DNA of 63,519 bases, filler included, from Choristocarpus tenellus KU-1152 (Eukaryota; Protista; Phaeophyceae), in the NCBI GenBank assembly GCA_964200185.2. It is 13 parts of 13 records of this genome, joined end to end, with 100 filler letters (N's around TTAATTAATTAA, not from the genome) between each part and the next. Parts side by side here need not be neighbours in the genome. Positions count along the whole stretch, not along the records: positions 51,013 to 54,225 come from CAXNAD020021493.1; positions 54,326 to 56,993 come from CAXNAD020025804.1; positions 57,094 to 60,605 come from CAXNAD020019533.1; positions 60,706 to 63,519 come from CAXNAD020024517.1; 9 more parts are not named here. One strand, 5' to 3'. The notes under the pieces are model-generated. The model saw only the letters and a program-made list of their open reading frames with translations, searched no databases and was not told the origin of the DNA. Positions 51,013 to 63,519 of the stretch are shown in pieces. The position numbers and the translations under genes were made by a program. Position 1 is the stretch's first letter; each line of letters begins with the position of its first letter.

Positions 51013-54000
51013 CCTTCCTCAATTTTGAGGATCCCCTGTTGGATGCTGTGTGTGTGGTGCTCATGCCTCTTCCAAGACTGTGTGCTACAAGAGCAGGGCA
51101 GGGTGAGGGCACAAAAATCTCTCTTTGGCCTGTGGGTCGGGCAACTCTTGACAATGGCTGATCCAAATCAACCCCAACCCTGGGTATGAGCTTCTCTACG
51201 CGCCATGAGAAGTCTTGTGGGCGGAATGTATGGAGCTTGTTATTGCTGTATTTAAGGAACGACCAGTTGGATGTCTGAAACTTGGAAGCATCATATCTTT
51301 TCATATACCCAACACTACGGCATGAAAACTTTGAGTGCTACAAATAGGACATAAATAATCTTTGACTCTTTTACTACTGATGTAACAGCCAGGAATAGTC
51401 GAGATAGGTAAGTATGTAGTATTCCTGGATCCTCCTGATCGTTCTCCAAGCCCTGTCACCTTCAAGCTTCACACGGATTGATCCCAAGTCCTAATCAGAG
51501 GGTGGGTTCTTAACATCCCATGTTGCTATTGATTACACTAGGGGGTGGAAAGGGGTACAAGAATAACAATGGTTTTGATCATTCCACCATGTATGTATGA
51601 CATCAATTACTACATACTCCAAATATTGACACGATGTACGATTTCTATTTTTAATAGGAATATACCTGACACGATACTATGCTGGCTAGTTATTTTCCTT
51701 ATAATTCTTCAAGGTGGAGGGAGTGCAAATGTTCATGAACTGCCCTTCATGTATGGTATTTCCTTGGGAAATCCAGCGATTGTAATGTTGTTACACAGAA
51801 AACATCAACAGCTGTTACAACAACGATCATGCAGCAGTGTGTTTTATCCAATTATTCCACACGGAATGACATACATAGAGAGGATTGAACCACACAAACT
51901 GGACTCCCGTCTCCTCCCTGGAGATCGATCGTCATATTCTTGTCAAGTCACTGCGAGGACTGGAAACTTCGGTGCTTACTCCTTCCTGCTGCAATACCCA
52001 AATGAGTCCCGGTTCTGTGCATCATAATCCAACTTGCGTACCTTCCACATCTTGCAACCATACGAGGGAAGAGAGAAATAGCATGGTATTAACTCAACAG
52101 AATGGGTGTGACGTGTTGCATTTTCCAGTATTTTTTCTTGTTCCCCTTCAACTAATTGGTGTTTGTCTCCAAGCCAAACAACAATAACAAAACACAGCGA
52201 CAAAATATTCATTCTCTTCTATGGCAGGTCAGATCTGACAGGGGGTCAGAAAAAAGGGAGCAAATAATTCACAGAAAGCGATGATCTAAAGGGGGGTAGG
52301 GAATGGGGGAGGGGGGGGTGAATCCCCAGGAAGTAAATTGCAGTACACCAGGTGACCTAGTGAATCTGCACAAAAACTCCAAGGTCATTTCAAAACTTTC
52401 TTGCTTGGAAGTAGAGCAGCAAGACAGCAAACGCCTTCAAAAAAGAAAGTCATCAAGCCTGCCCCCAAAGCCAAAATACAACCAACATTAATGTATCAAC
52501 AAAAAAACGGTCCATCCAGACAAAACGTCCATGGGTCAATTCGAATTCAAAAAAGGTTTTCTCGCTTGTAGCAAGAGCAACAAGACTTGGAGACACCTCC
52601 ACACATGAAAGCAGCGCACCTGCCCTCTAAAACTAAAGCCCATAAACATCCACACTGCGTATCAACAAAAAAGGAGTTGAATGCTGCATCTTACTGATGC
52701 ATGCCCGGTGCTTGCATGTCATACTACAAGAGGAGGATTTTTCCTTGCAAAACGAGAACGAACAAATCATTTCATCCTCCCTTCAAAATTAGCAAACGAA
52801 AATTCCAAACTCTCACTATTGTGTTGTGTCACTCTTGACCTCAAACCTCTCCTCCTCCACCCTACACACAAGTACTCCCACTCCCATCCCCCACAGTCTC
52901 CATCAGGCTTTTCACCCTGTCTGCTCCCAACAGGGCGTGAAGCACCATCTCACGACAAGCCTCCCCCAAGGCTTCCGCCATCTCTCCAGTTTCTCCCACC
53001 CCGACCTCGACATCACTTAGATCTACGTCTACCCCTTGGTCCTCCCAATCAACTTCAAAACCTTTTCCTAGTCCACGTTTCCGTGCTCGAACTCTCTGGG
53101 CCAACAGGTCTCCCCCTTGATGACTTGGAATGGCAGCAAATGCCCTAGCCAAGATTTCAGCTGCGTTTGCCTTGGATGAGGAACCAGGGGAGGAATGCAT
53201 CTCATCACCGCTGTTGGGACTGATACTGGCACACAGAGACAGGGGTCACAAACGGGAGCCAGAAATGTGCATGATTGGTAATATACTTCTTGAAGGTTGG
53301 CTTGACGGGGAGCAGGAAAGGGCGTTCAGAAGAAGAGCGGTTTGAGAGCTGGAGGGGTCACATGTGCACCCATGATATAGCAACAACTGTTCTTGAAGGT
53401 GTGGGGGAGAGAGAGGCGACACAGTACTTGGAGTTGCCTGTAAAGAGTGGGAAAGATATCCCTACTTTTTGGGGAAGTTTCTAGTACACTCTTGAGTAGG
53501 GTGCTCATAAGTCTCATGATATCCATCTGCACAGTGGGTGGGTGGGGGTGGATGAAACACTTGTGAATTGAGCAAAATGAGAATTGTGGGTTAACTTGGA
53601 TGGCAACGAGCGAAACAGGATAGATGGGGTAGGGATGGTCAACAATACAAAAGTAACAAGTACGTCTGTTACGGTTGTCGCCTTCCAATCTACCAAAGCA
53701 CTCCCACACAACGCAGCAACACGACCTATTCACGTGCCATCCTCTACTGACTGTACCACTCTTCACAAACCTGTTTTGACTCTTCATCAGCTCTGCCGCA
53801 CACGCCTTGAACAGGCTTGTTGCAGTAGCCCAGCTCTCTCCATTCCCAGCTGTTGTGCTCACAACAGATTGGGCATCGGATGAGGTTTCCACAGCAACTG
53901 CTGAGCAAGTAGTCCTCTCCTCCCCCGCCTCATCCATACTTGCCTGCCCAGTTCCTCTGCTTCCCTCTGTGTCTAACACAGGAGTCGCTTGACTCTGGGC

Positions 54001-54168
54001 ACAACTATCCTCCAAGTCAGGACTACTATGGGCATCAGTTTCTTCCTGCCTTACCTCTATGTCTTCGCTCTCCCCTTTAACGAGACCTCTGTCTCCTTCT
54101 TGCGTCTCTAAGCCTCCTTTCAAGATGGTGGGTGATAGGTGGAAGCAAAGGTTAGGGGGGAGAGTCAA
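51013..54168 (-). CDS. Internal exons of an unidentified large protein; splice model not resolved
   Basis: Several long, protein-like, co-oriented open frames (about 53760-54120, 53330-53527, 52866-53200, 51013-51300) separated by intron-like sequence. Confidence 0.45.
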
Positions 54169-54183
54169 ACCAACTGACTGAGA

Positions 54184-54397
54184 GGCTCAAAGTATCTGGG
54201 GGTGGGGGGGGGGTGGCGGCTGTCCNNNNNNNNNNNNNNNNNNNNNNNNNNNNNNNNNNNNNNNNNNNNTTAATTAATTAANNNNNNNNNNNNNNNNNNN
54301 NNNNNNNNNNNNNNNNNNNNNNNNNCGCATCAGGAAGAAATTGACCCCAAATGGACAGCCGCCACATCCCCCCCCCACCCCCCAGATACTTTGAGCC
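54184..54397. mobile_element. Two MITE family A ends on either side of a linker (54184-54225, 54326-54397)
   Basis: GGCTCAAAGTATCTGGG and CCCAGATACTTTGAGCC; both are the same end of the element, so they are different copies. Confidence 0.85.
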
Positions 54398-55350
54398 CGG
54401 TATAGTGACTTACTATCCAATTGCCGTAACCACTGCAATAGTCATTACCGTGATGAGCCTTGAGAATTCTGTCAGGACAACAATTTCGCAGTTGCTGCCC
54501 TAACTTGATGCACATGTTTCTCCCAATGATACTTCATAATCCTTCCATTACTAGTGTGCCTATACCACTGCATTATTAAATGACTGTATGCACTACCTCT
54601 TTGCATTAGTCCAAGGTGGTCTTAGGCTTGTGGTTGAAGGAAAAGATAGCACAGACCACAAAAAAAATGTAAGAATAGACATAGAATACCAAAACAAAGT
54701 ACTCAAAAAAAAAAAGAAGTGGAATCAAGAGAGAGAAGTAAAGTCGCCACAGTAGGACCAAAAGGACAATTCTTCATTCGTGGAACAAACTGACATAAAC
54801 ACATTGCAATCCCCGCCTGCAGAGTAATTCTAGAATTTAGAGCTGTTGCTCCTGCTATACACTGTTTTTGAGTAAGATGTGCATGAAACACATACCAAAT
54901 AGCCTTATGCTGCGCCCTAAAACTTCAATATCTAGACCCCAAAAAAAGCACTTTTTTTTCTTTCAGCCTTATCTTCACTGCAACCAGCCATTCTATGTCC
55001 TCGAGTCCTCATCCTTCATTCATTCCTCTCTCTAAGAAACTGCACCCAAAGAATAGCCCTTTCCGAACAAGCCCTCCAACCCCCCAACCTCCAACTTGAT
55101 CCCTTACCCTTACCCTTACCCTTACCTCTTTGCTGTCCTCAAACTTCTCGGGAATCACAGTGTGACAGAGTGCAAGTGCCATAAAAAAGTCACGTAAACG
55201 CCTTGCATGTTCTTTTCCCCCTTTCCCTTCCCCCCGCAGGTCCTGTTGTCACGTCAAGATACACGGGCGAGTCAGTCACGTCAAGATGTATCTATTCTAT
55301 ACACCGCTGAACATGTATCTATTCTTTCGTAATGTGTAAGCACCTACACC

Positions 55351-55424
<74 letters not shown>

Positions 55425-55445
55425 AAAACACCCCCCCCCCCCCCC

Positions 55446-55478
<33 letters not shown>

Positions 55479-56058
55479 ATAATGTGCCGTGCACTCACTC
55501 ACTGAAGTATCCACACACACGCCACAAACACATGCCAAGCATATTTATTGTCTGAGGTATAATAGTCTGCAGTATCTTCCTTGTATTTCTTGTCTTGTCT
55601 GCATCGACCGACACCTTGGCAACCTGTACGGTGTCAGCAAGCCTGTGTTCTGTTTTTGACAGTGGTGGGAATACACCCCTATCCTTGCACTCCGGGAGTA
55701 CTATGGGGCAGCTTGCAGGCAGGGGGAGACTTGCAGCCTGCAGATAAAGGCAACTAACTTATCAATGCACCTCAGGCAAGAGATCCTAGCTATTACACAA
55801 TTTCCGGCCAGAGTACCAATGGGCGTACCAGGTACACGGAAGGATCATAGAAGTTGACGTGAGGGACCGCATGCATCTTTGACCTCTCTTCTGCATACAG
55901 TGTTGAGGCTGGAACCTCCTCGCCCTGCACAACCATGGCAGCTCGACCAATCTCTGTCATGCCCTGCACCAGCACAGGGGCAGAGGTGTATTGTGCAACC
56001 TCTGAAGCTTTTGCGGTTGAGGACATCTTGTTTGTTTTTTTGCAAGGTGAGAGAAGGT

Positions 56059-56463
56059 GAGTGAAAGTATCTTAGAGGGTATGAGCTTTGCCCTGTTCAT
56101 CCATTTGGGGCTTGGCTTCCCATGGGTTTTATAAAATGGTACTTTCCTACTCCAAAATGTTTCAGAGTAGGTAAAACGTGTATGTTATGAAAAGATGTGT
56201 TTGGAACATGAATATTGACACTTCCTAACAAACATGATAGCCAAGATTACATCAAAATCACAACACTGGATTTCGACCCCAAATGGACGCGGCTCTACCC
56301 TAACCCTAAGATACTTTGGCTATACGCTATGAAAGGGTGTGTACGGAACAAGGGTATTGACACTTCCTACAAAATGACGATAGCAAAAATTACACCAAAA
56401 TCGAAAAATTGGATTTTGGCCCCAAAAAAGGATCCGGCTCTACCCTCAAAGATACTTTGGCTT
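56059..56463 (+). mobile_element. MITE family B with duplicated right half, TSD GGT
   Basis: ggt|GAGTGAAAGTATCTTAGAGGG...; right TIR at about 56321 and again at 56463|ggt. Confidence 0.88.
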
Positions 56464-56977
56464 GGTCATTGGCAGATTAGCTCCATAGCATTATTTTTTT
56501 TCGTGTACCTGTGTATCGTGCACTACTTGAGCATGGCATTTGTGTGGATCAAGCACACCTAACAGGCCGAGTTTAAAGCTGCCGGACATCAATAATAGCA
56601 CTTGTGCTACAGCACGATGCTATCTAGTGCTAAGTAGTGCTACGTAGTGCCACGTAGTGCTATGTGCTACGTTTGTGATAACTCCGCTGGCTGACTGTGC
56701 CTACAAGAGACAGTCCCACTTTGGGAGGCGGGAGAGACTCGCCAAGTGCCTTCACCACCAGGGGGGCAACGTTCTCCTGGGCCCGTTTAAGACCGACAAG
56801 GTCGTGATGAAATCCCTTGAGGTAATCATTGTTCTTACGTGATGATGAAATCCCTTCAGTATTGGCACGGTGCCCCAAGGAATATAGTGGTATTTATGTT
56901 GAAGCATGATGGCAATACACTCAGTATTACTTGAGGGTGTTTATTTCTGTATTGTTTGAAATGTATTGACACACAAT

Positions 56978-57161
56978 GACCCAAAGTATCTGGNNNNNNN
57001 NNNNNNNNNNNNNNNNNNNNNNNNNNNNNNNNNNNNNTTAATTAATTAANNNNNNNNNNNNNNNNNNNNNNNNNNNNNNNNNNNNNNNNNNNNAAAAATC
57101 GCGACATGAAAAAATTGACCCCAAATGGACAGCCGCCACCCCCTCCCAGATACTTTGAGCC
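56978..57161 (-). mobile_element. MITE family A fragments at contig ends (56978-56993, 57094-57161)
   Basis: GACCCAAAGTATCTGG and CCCAGATACTTTGAGCC; flanks CAAT/TTAG do not match. Confidence 0.8.
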
Positions 57162-57629
57162 TTAGTCTTGCGTCCCTTCGTCCATTTCCTTCATTTTTTT
57201 GTATGACGTATGGTGAGTGGTGTTTTCCAGATTGAACGGAACTGGTGGGGGAGGTGTTTGCCCACTACTCCTGAGTTCCCTTGATTACTCCAGGAAATAT
57301 ACTAAGTTATCTCTACTCTCCTTTCTTTTCTTTTTCTGCCCCTTTTTCTACTTTTCTTAATTAATTCTTCTCCAATAATGGTATCTATTCCCTTTCTACC
57401 ATCCCACTCAAAGGGATCGTTGATGAAGGATACTTGTCTTTGATTGCACCCGATGCCATACACAGGGCAGAAAAGTGTGTCTTGGGGATATTTGACTTGG
57501 TTTGCACTTCGTACCCTCAGCAACCAATGTTTGTTAACAGTCTGTCACTGTTAGCTCCAGCGTTTGCACTAATTGTTCCTAGTGTGTTAAGGTTCATCCT
57601 GTTAACACATAGCCTATACCCCTTTTTTA

Positions 57630-57858
57630 GAGTGTAAGTATCTTAGAGGGTATAAGTTTTGCCCTGTTTTTTCGTTTGGGGCTTAGTCTCCCATAGGTTT
57701 TTTATGACATTTAACTACTCCGAAAAGGTATGTCCAGGACAAGGATATTGACACTTCCTAACAAACACAATAACCAAAGCTAAATCAAAATCGTAACTTT
57801 AGATTTTGATCCCCCACACGGACGCGGCTGTACCCTCACCTCTAAGATACTTTGACTC
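57630..57858 (+). mobile_element. MITE family B, TSD TTA
   Basis: tta|GAGTGTAAGTATCTTAGAGGG...CTCTAAGATACTTTGACTC|tta. Confidence 0.9.
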
Positions 57859-58216
57859 TTATGCCATTGATACTATACAGTATTACTAGCTCATACTGAC
57901 TGTTGACTCCCATATCAGTGCTGGTTGTTACTCATCTCTTAGATCATTGATACTGCATTATATGATGGTAAAGTATCGTTGCAATTCGTGTCGTTCATAG
58001 GAAGTCTGAAACAGTGGACATTTTCTCAAACACAAAAGTCTAGAATGTGCCACATGAGTTGATTCAACATTTGATTCGAGTTCTTTTCTTTATTTTTTTC
58101 CTCGCGCCAGAACTGCCAGTTGTGTCTCATACAATGTTTTCTTTGGTTGGTATTACCCCCACCTAAACATCGGACCCACTCTGCTTCAAGTGTGCCAGAT
58201 GCACAACTGGATGGTA

Positions 58217-59951
58217 CTCCCTCTGTCCCATAAATCTGGGCTGTTATGTTGTAGCTCTTCGGAATGACCTCCGATTACAAAACTGACCTTTACATTGGAT
58301 TCCTTGGAATATTTTACGTTAAAAAAACTCTATCTCGCCTTTATTCGACACCGTCAACCCACCAATCCAGGGCCGCCACGGAGACCACTCAGTCTACTCC
58401 AACTGATCCAGCCAACCTGCTCTCCAACTGCCCTTTTTTGGTACCGGTGTGCTCTACCTCGAAATCGTTCCCCCCCAGCGTCCTTAACACCTTCTTGTAC
58501 CTCTTAAACAGACTCTGCCACACCCTCTCGAGCGTGTCTGCGTCACACGCATGGAACATGCTTGAAACCCTCTCTACAAGTTCATCAATGGTGCTGTAAT
58601 TCTCTGCCCAAACCCTGCTCTTCAGAGATGCAAAAAAAAAATATTTGATGATGAGATCCAGTGACTGTGCTGACTGCGTCAAGAGCTTAATGTTTCATCC
58701 CTCCTCTATCTCTGCTGTGTTCAGCTTCTGGATTGTGCCCTTGGCTGTATGTGGGTTCGCGCTGTCCTGCAGTATGGAGGATTCTAGCCACGGCATTTTT
58801 CCTTATCGTTGACAACAGCTGCTCCATGTACCACTCCAGGTACCACTCGCCACCAACGGTGACGTCGACCTCATACTCGCCCTTCATGTCCTGCGCTGCA
58901 GTCCGTTGCACCTCCTTCAAGATGCAATCCCGCTAGATCCTGATCTTGCCGTCAAAATCATGGGAAGGATCTGGACGTGAAATGGCGGAGAACGTCACTT
59001 TGGGAATGTGACTCTTATGCTACACCTTCGTCAATTCCACATTTTCCTCCCCCAGGAACATGCACACCATCTTTTATTCGTGGATAAATAGAACTACATC
59101 TCGTCGATGTGAATGGTGTTGAGGTCAGTCCTGTAGCTTTTGCGGTTGCAAGAGATCTGGTCAATGATGAAATCCACCCTGTTCTTCTTGTGAGAAAATG
59201 AAAGGCTAGGGGTGGCACGCCGATGAACCCTTGTTGCCCCCATGGCTTCGAGAAAAGAAGCTTTGAGCTGCCGACTGCGAGGCCCGCTTTGGCGAGCTTG
59301 GCGGAAAGTTGGTTAATAGTCAGTGTGCGATTTACTGGCGTTGATTTCCCGGTTCTTTACATTTTTCGTTGGCGTAAAGTCCAACAGCTGTCCAGATTGT
59401 CCTTGTAATTTCAGGGAGATGGTATTCCCCCTAACTGTTCTTAAACACATGCCCAAAACCATCTAGGGTGTCTCTCTCCCACATCAATTTATTTCGCCAA
59501 TTTAGACCCCACACCCCTCTAGGACCAAAATCAAACTAGCACATGGGTGTATGATAAACCACACTAGGGAAGCCTCTCATGACCCAGAGGAAGAGCCAAT
59601 GCGTAACACAGAGGAAGCGCGATCCGACCTTCCTCGGTCAGCCTGCAGTTCTTTCCCCGAGACGGTGGGCTTCGTGTTGGGAATGACAGGTTGTGAGGGC
59701 TCGCGATAGGGTTTGTGAGTGTGTTGGGCAGCTCCATGCTGCAGCAGGAATATTCCAAAATGATAAGAATATACCCCATTCTGTGTCCCATTCTTTCGGA
59801 GCTATTTCAGAACAGAATTATTTGTAGAATTCTTTGAAATTTAGTTTTTGATGTAAAAATTTCAAGAAATCCAACACAAAAGTTCGTTTTGTAGTCGGAG
59901 GTCATTCTCAAGAGCTACAACTTAACGGTCAGACGTATAGGACAGAGGGAG
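58217..59951 (-). mobile_element. Tc1/mariner transposon (DD39D-like) with about 110-bp Stowaway-type TIRs; transposase pseudogene
   Basis: ta|CTCCCTCTGTCCC...GGACAGAGGGAG; TIRs share GTTGTAGCTCTT and GAATGACCTCCGA.TACAAAAC. Minus-strand motifs NTIHIDEM*FY, SHIPKVTF, RPDPSHDFDGKI, ILQDSANPH, TQSAQSLDL, FFASLKSRV, GGNDFEVEH. Confidence 0.92.
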
Positions 59952-60532
59952 ATATATTCAGAGTTAAAACATCCACAAACCTCTTCTTCTTGAGGAGACA
60001 AGTCTCTTAACAGGGACCACCTCTTCATACTGTATTGTTCAAACTACAACTGTGTAGAGCATGTCCCAAGATTCATTACTGTGAATTGATCAGTGCTTCA
60101 TTGCAATATGAGACCCCTTCACATTAAACAATCAGTCATTCTACAAGAAGAGCACGATTAATTCAATCCAAGGTTCAATAGGTTATGAGTCTCAATATCT
60201 GAACGACTCACACTACATTGTCTTGTACTACCAACCACTGTCTATCCATGTTAACTACAGCAGACAAGCCTACTACAATCACCATGGAACACACACTTGG
60301 CTCCCCATCTTCTCCGGCAACAACTCCTAAGGTGCCTTCAAACTGAGTTTCACAACAGGGATCCTGAGCTGTGTGGTACCTCGGACCCATCGTGTCGTGG
60401 TTCAGAACAGCTCCCGCACATCCGCCTCCACTGATTCCACCACTCCCACTAAGTACACATATGGTGAAGACAACCATGTTAAGAATATGATTTTTTTTCA
60501 TGCGTAAAAGAAGATTCTGTAGAAGAAACAAT

Positions 60533-60605
60533 GGCTCAAAGTATCTGGGAGGGGGTGGCGGCTGTCCATTTGGGGTCAATTTTTTCATGTCGCGATTTTT
60601 GGGAT
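60533..60605 (+). mobile_element. MITE family A left part (contig ends inside)
   Basis: GGCTCAAAGTATCTGGGAGGGGGTGGCGGCTGTCCATTTGGGGTC. Confidence 0.88.
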
Positions 60606-61203
60606 NNNNNNNNNNNNNNNNNNNNNNNNNNNNNNNNNNNNNNNNNNNNTTAATTAATTAANNNNNNNNNNNNNNNNNNNNNNNNNNNNNNNNNNNNNNN
60701 NNNNNCCCCCCCCCCTCCTCCCCCTTCATAAAAAAAAAAAAAAGGGGTTGGTGTGGTGGGGGGGGTGGTTTCCCCCCCCCCCCCCCCCCCCCCTACGACT
60801 TGGGAAAGAGTAAAAAGTTGGCATGTTACGGTGTGAACGCGCATGTTGTCTCAAGGGTTAGGGTTGTAAGCGGGGCTATGGTGTGCACGCACACACGCCT
60901 GCCTGCCTGCCTGGCATTGTTTTAGTAAGCCGTGCCTCCGTGGAAAAATAAATAAATAAATAAAACATACTATGCAAACTTTATCTCAAGCTCTTCTCCC
61001 TTTCTTTTTTTTTTTTTGTACTACAGGCTTTCGATGTATCTCCACATAGTGGTGTGGGGAATGAATGTCGCATAAAAGTTTCATAAAAGTTTCCTTTTTT
61101 GAGTTTTTTTGTTTGTTTGTCTCGCTGCGGTCGCTAAGTGGTGTTGTACCTAACAACCGCGGGGCTGTGTATTCTGTCCAACACGCCTGTTGGTGATTCT
61201 CAG

Positions 61204-62925
61204 CAGGCCTCCACCTTGGAAGGTCGTATCAAGGCCTTGCTCGGTTCCGCGCGAGTGCTTTTGTTCATGAAGGGGACGCCTGAGGCACCCAGGTGTGGAT
61301 TCAGCAGGGAGGCGATAGGCATCCTTTCTAAAGAGGGGGTGGAGTTCAACACTTTCAACATACTCGATGACGAAGAGGTCCGACAAGGGCTCAAGAAGCT
61401 CTCCGATTGGCCAACTTATCCCCAGGCAAGCAAGTTATGATCAATTTGCATCGGAAGAGTTTGCTTCTTTTTTTTCTTTTTTTTTCTTTTTGTAAGAAGA
61501 TGGTGGTGGTGGTGCTGTAGAGGGGTGCTTATTAGTATTTGTAGAAATGGTCGCTGTTGTGCTATACTGTGTATACACTATGTATATATATACATGTATA
61601 CATGTATGTAGGGCGTGGTGTATCTTTTTTTGATGATGATACATGTATGTAGGGCGGTTTTCTGTCCTTGTTTGGATTGGAGGTGGGTAACGATTGCACT
61701 CATGAAGGTGTGCGCTTGGTTACTTACGCAGGTGTTGCTCTCGTACGTAGTCCGCGCTGTGTTGCACACCTCGGACAACACACAACACTTTCATAACACT
61801 ATTTTTTAACACTATGTTGTAACACTCTTTGGTAACGTTTTTTGCTGCTTGTGGAGTGTTCCGGGAGTGTTAACGGGTAATAATACCGCAGCGTGTTGCT
61901 CGCATTTCGTTAGGTATAAGGTAATGAAAGGGTTAGGGTTTTAGGGTTAGGGTTAGGGTTAGGGTTCGGTAGAGCAGTATATATATGTGGGAAAATATTA
62001 CATGAAGAGTTAAAACTATTTGTTTTTTTGTTTGAATATTTTTGCCCTTCGCTTCCCCGAGAAAAAAAAAAAATGTTTGATTGCAAGAAATGCACTATGG
62101 CGTTTTGGTGTACAGTTTTTGTATATTTTAACACAACACAGTCAGTGTTGAGTGTTACGTTGTCCGATGTGTGCTACATGGCCTATCGTCGCCGTAGCAG
62201 CCACGAGCATTCTCAGCAAGGGGTTAAAAAAAGAGAGTAAAATGCGTATATTTTAACTTCTCTGAATTCAGCATCGTCACTTCAATTTTTTTTTTCTCTT
62301 GTTCACACGGGGGGGTTTTTTAGTCCAGAACAGTTTTTTTTTTCTAAGCCCAGGGAAGTAAGGTTGTTGGTCGTATCCTTTGCGCACCAGGGGAAACAAA
62401 TGTGCACTTCAATAATCGGTCAGTCAGTCATCCAAGTTGTGGAGAGTTTTCTGAGAGTTTTCTCACGGCACTGGAGTCCTTTGGTCGCCTGCTGTAGATA
62501 TCTATATATAGATAGATATAGATAGATTGGTTTGCGGTTGTCAAAACTCGTTACGATTTCGATTAATTTTTTTGTAATTGTGATTGAAAACTGGAACTGT
62601 AGATGGAGGGGGGTAAGAAATATATATATATATATATTGGAGGAAGTGTGCTGTTCCTGCAGAGAACTCGGCGATGATCACACATCTGGATTTGTGAGGC
62701 TTGCAGTTATTCACATCTGGTTGAAGTTTTCACACTTGGCGTTATTGTTCCAAGTTTTCTGTCCGCGAAAGTATAGAAAAAATAAAAACAAAATAAAATA
62801 AGATTTTCCTCTTGCAAGCAATGGTTTTTGACTATAAAGTATACTTGACATACTGAAGCACATCAACATTTATCGATAAATATAATAATAATATATATAT
62901 ATATATATATATATGATAGGATGAC

Positions 62926-62956
<31 letters not shown>

Positions 62957-63331
62957 TTTAATGTTAATCAGGACAATGGGGTGCCGCCTGTTGTCTGTTG
63001 ATGATGTTTTGCCTCGGAGGTCTGGTCTCTGTTATTGCATGCAATGGAGTAGATTGTGTTAAACGTTCCTGTGTAAAGTTGATACCCAGCCTATCTTCTT
63101 GGTTGGTTTGCTTGCATCAGATTACCACCGTCGAGGTAAAAGGCAAGAACGGCTCTCATACTCGCCGTCCTTACCGATGCGCTTTTTTGCTATGGTCGCT
63201 CTCGCTCTTGTCGCTCTTTGTGTGTCCCTCTTCAGCTCTTCGTTGATGGTACACTCTTGGGAGGGCTGGACATCATGAAGGAGATGGCTGCGGATGGAGA
63301 ACTCCATCCAGCCATTGCTCCCCAAGGCTGA
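61204..63331 (+). CDS. GLRX3: Monothiol CGFS glutaredoxin, last domain of a GLRX3/PICOT-like protein; 5' end missing
   Basis: Exon 61204 (or 61207)-61425 LFMKGTPEAPRCGFS...FNILDDEEVRQGLKKLSDWPTYPQ joins exon 63236-63331 LFVDGTLLGGLDIMKEM..DGEL...* across a GC-AG intron. Confidence 0.9.
61930..61966 (+). repeat. Interstitial telomere-like (TTAGGG)n tract
   Basis: GGGTTAGGGTTTTAGGGTTAGGGTTAGGGTTAGGGTT; similar tract at about 42942-42963 and a TAAGGG variant at about 55101-55126. Confidence 0.8.
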
Positions 63332-63444
63332 AAACTGGATCAAATTTGCTTTTCTTGCTTAGTCCTCCTCCTCCTTATGATGATGATGATGATAAGGCTA
63401 TACCTGCTCTGCCTAAGTTTCTTTTTTTCTCAAGTATGGCCGCC

Positions 63445-63493
<49 letters not shown>

Positions 63494-63519
63494 CCTTATT
63501 TTCATCTCTCCACATCTAA

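Noticed and set aside
55570-56880. Minus-strand ORFs at 55793-56026 and 56660-56878 as a gene
   Set aside because: No recognisable motif or consistent splice model; neighbouring frames contain stops.
61930-61966. A chromosome end
   Set aside because: Short, imperfect and inside the glutaredoxin intron.

Overview
Eukaryotic, intron-rich DNA, most likely a photosynthetic stramenopile of the brown-algal lineage (inferred from gene structure, TTAGGG tracts and targeting-peptide motifs; not proven). The window is not one locus: it is 13 short contigs joined by 12 artificial 100-bp linkers (N-run + TTAATTAATTAA + N-run), so synteny holds only within a contig. Hand-spliced genes: a SAM+RING protein (3' part), a complete 12-exon TRM6/GCD10 head-to-head with a DOT1-like methyltransferase, a Patched/NPC1-family fragment, five exons of cytoplasmic dynein-1 heavy chain with two tRNA-Lys genes (CUU and UUU) in one intron, a WWE-domain fragment, the last CGFS glutaredoxin domain of a GLRX3-like gene, and several weaker unknown genes. 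The rest is largely transposon debris: two related MITE families with AAAGTATCT terminal repeats and CCAAATGGAC internal motifs (about 17 copies or fragments), two decayed mariner elements of plant DD39D type (one with Stowaway-like TIRs), copia and gypsy remnants, and a two-copy element with a transposase-like ORF. I found no clear-cut new multi-gene system. The best leads are the apparent excess of GC-AG introns, the intronic tRNA-Lys pair with a switched anticodon, and the unclassified MITE/transposon families.
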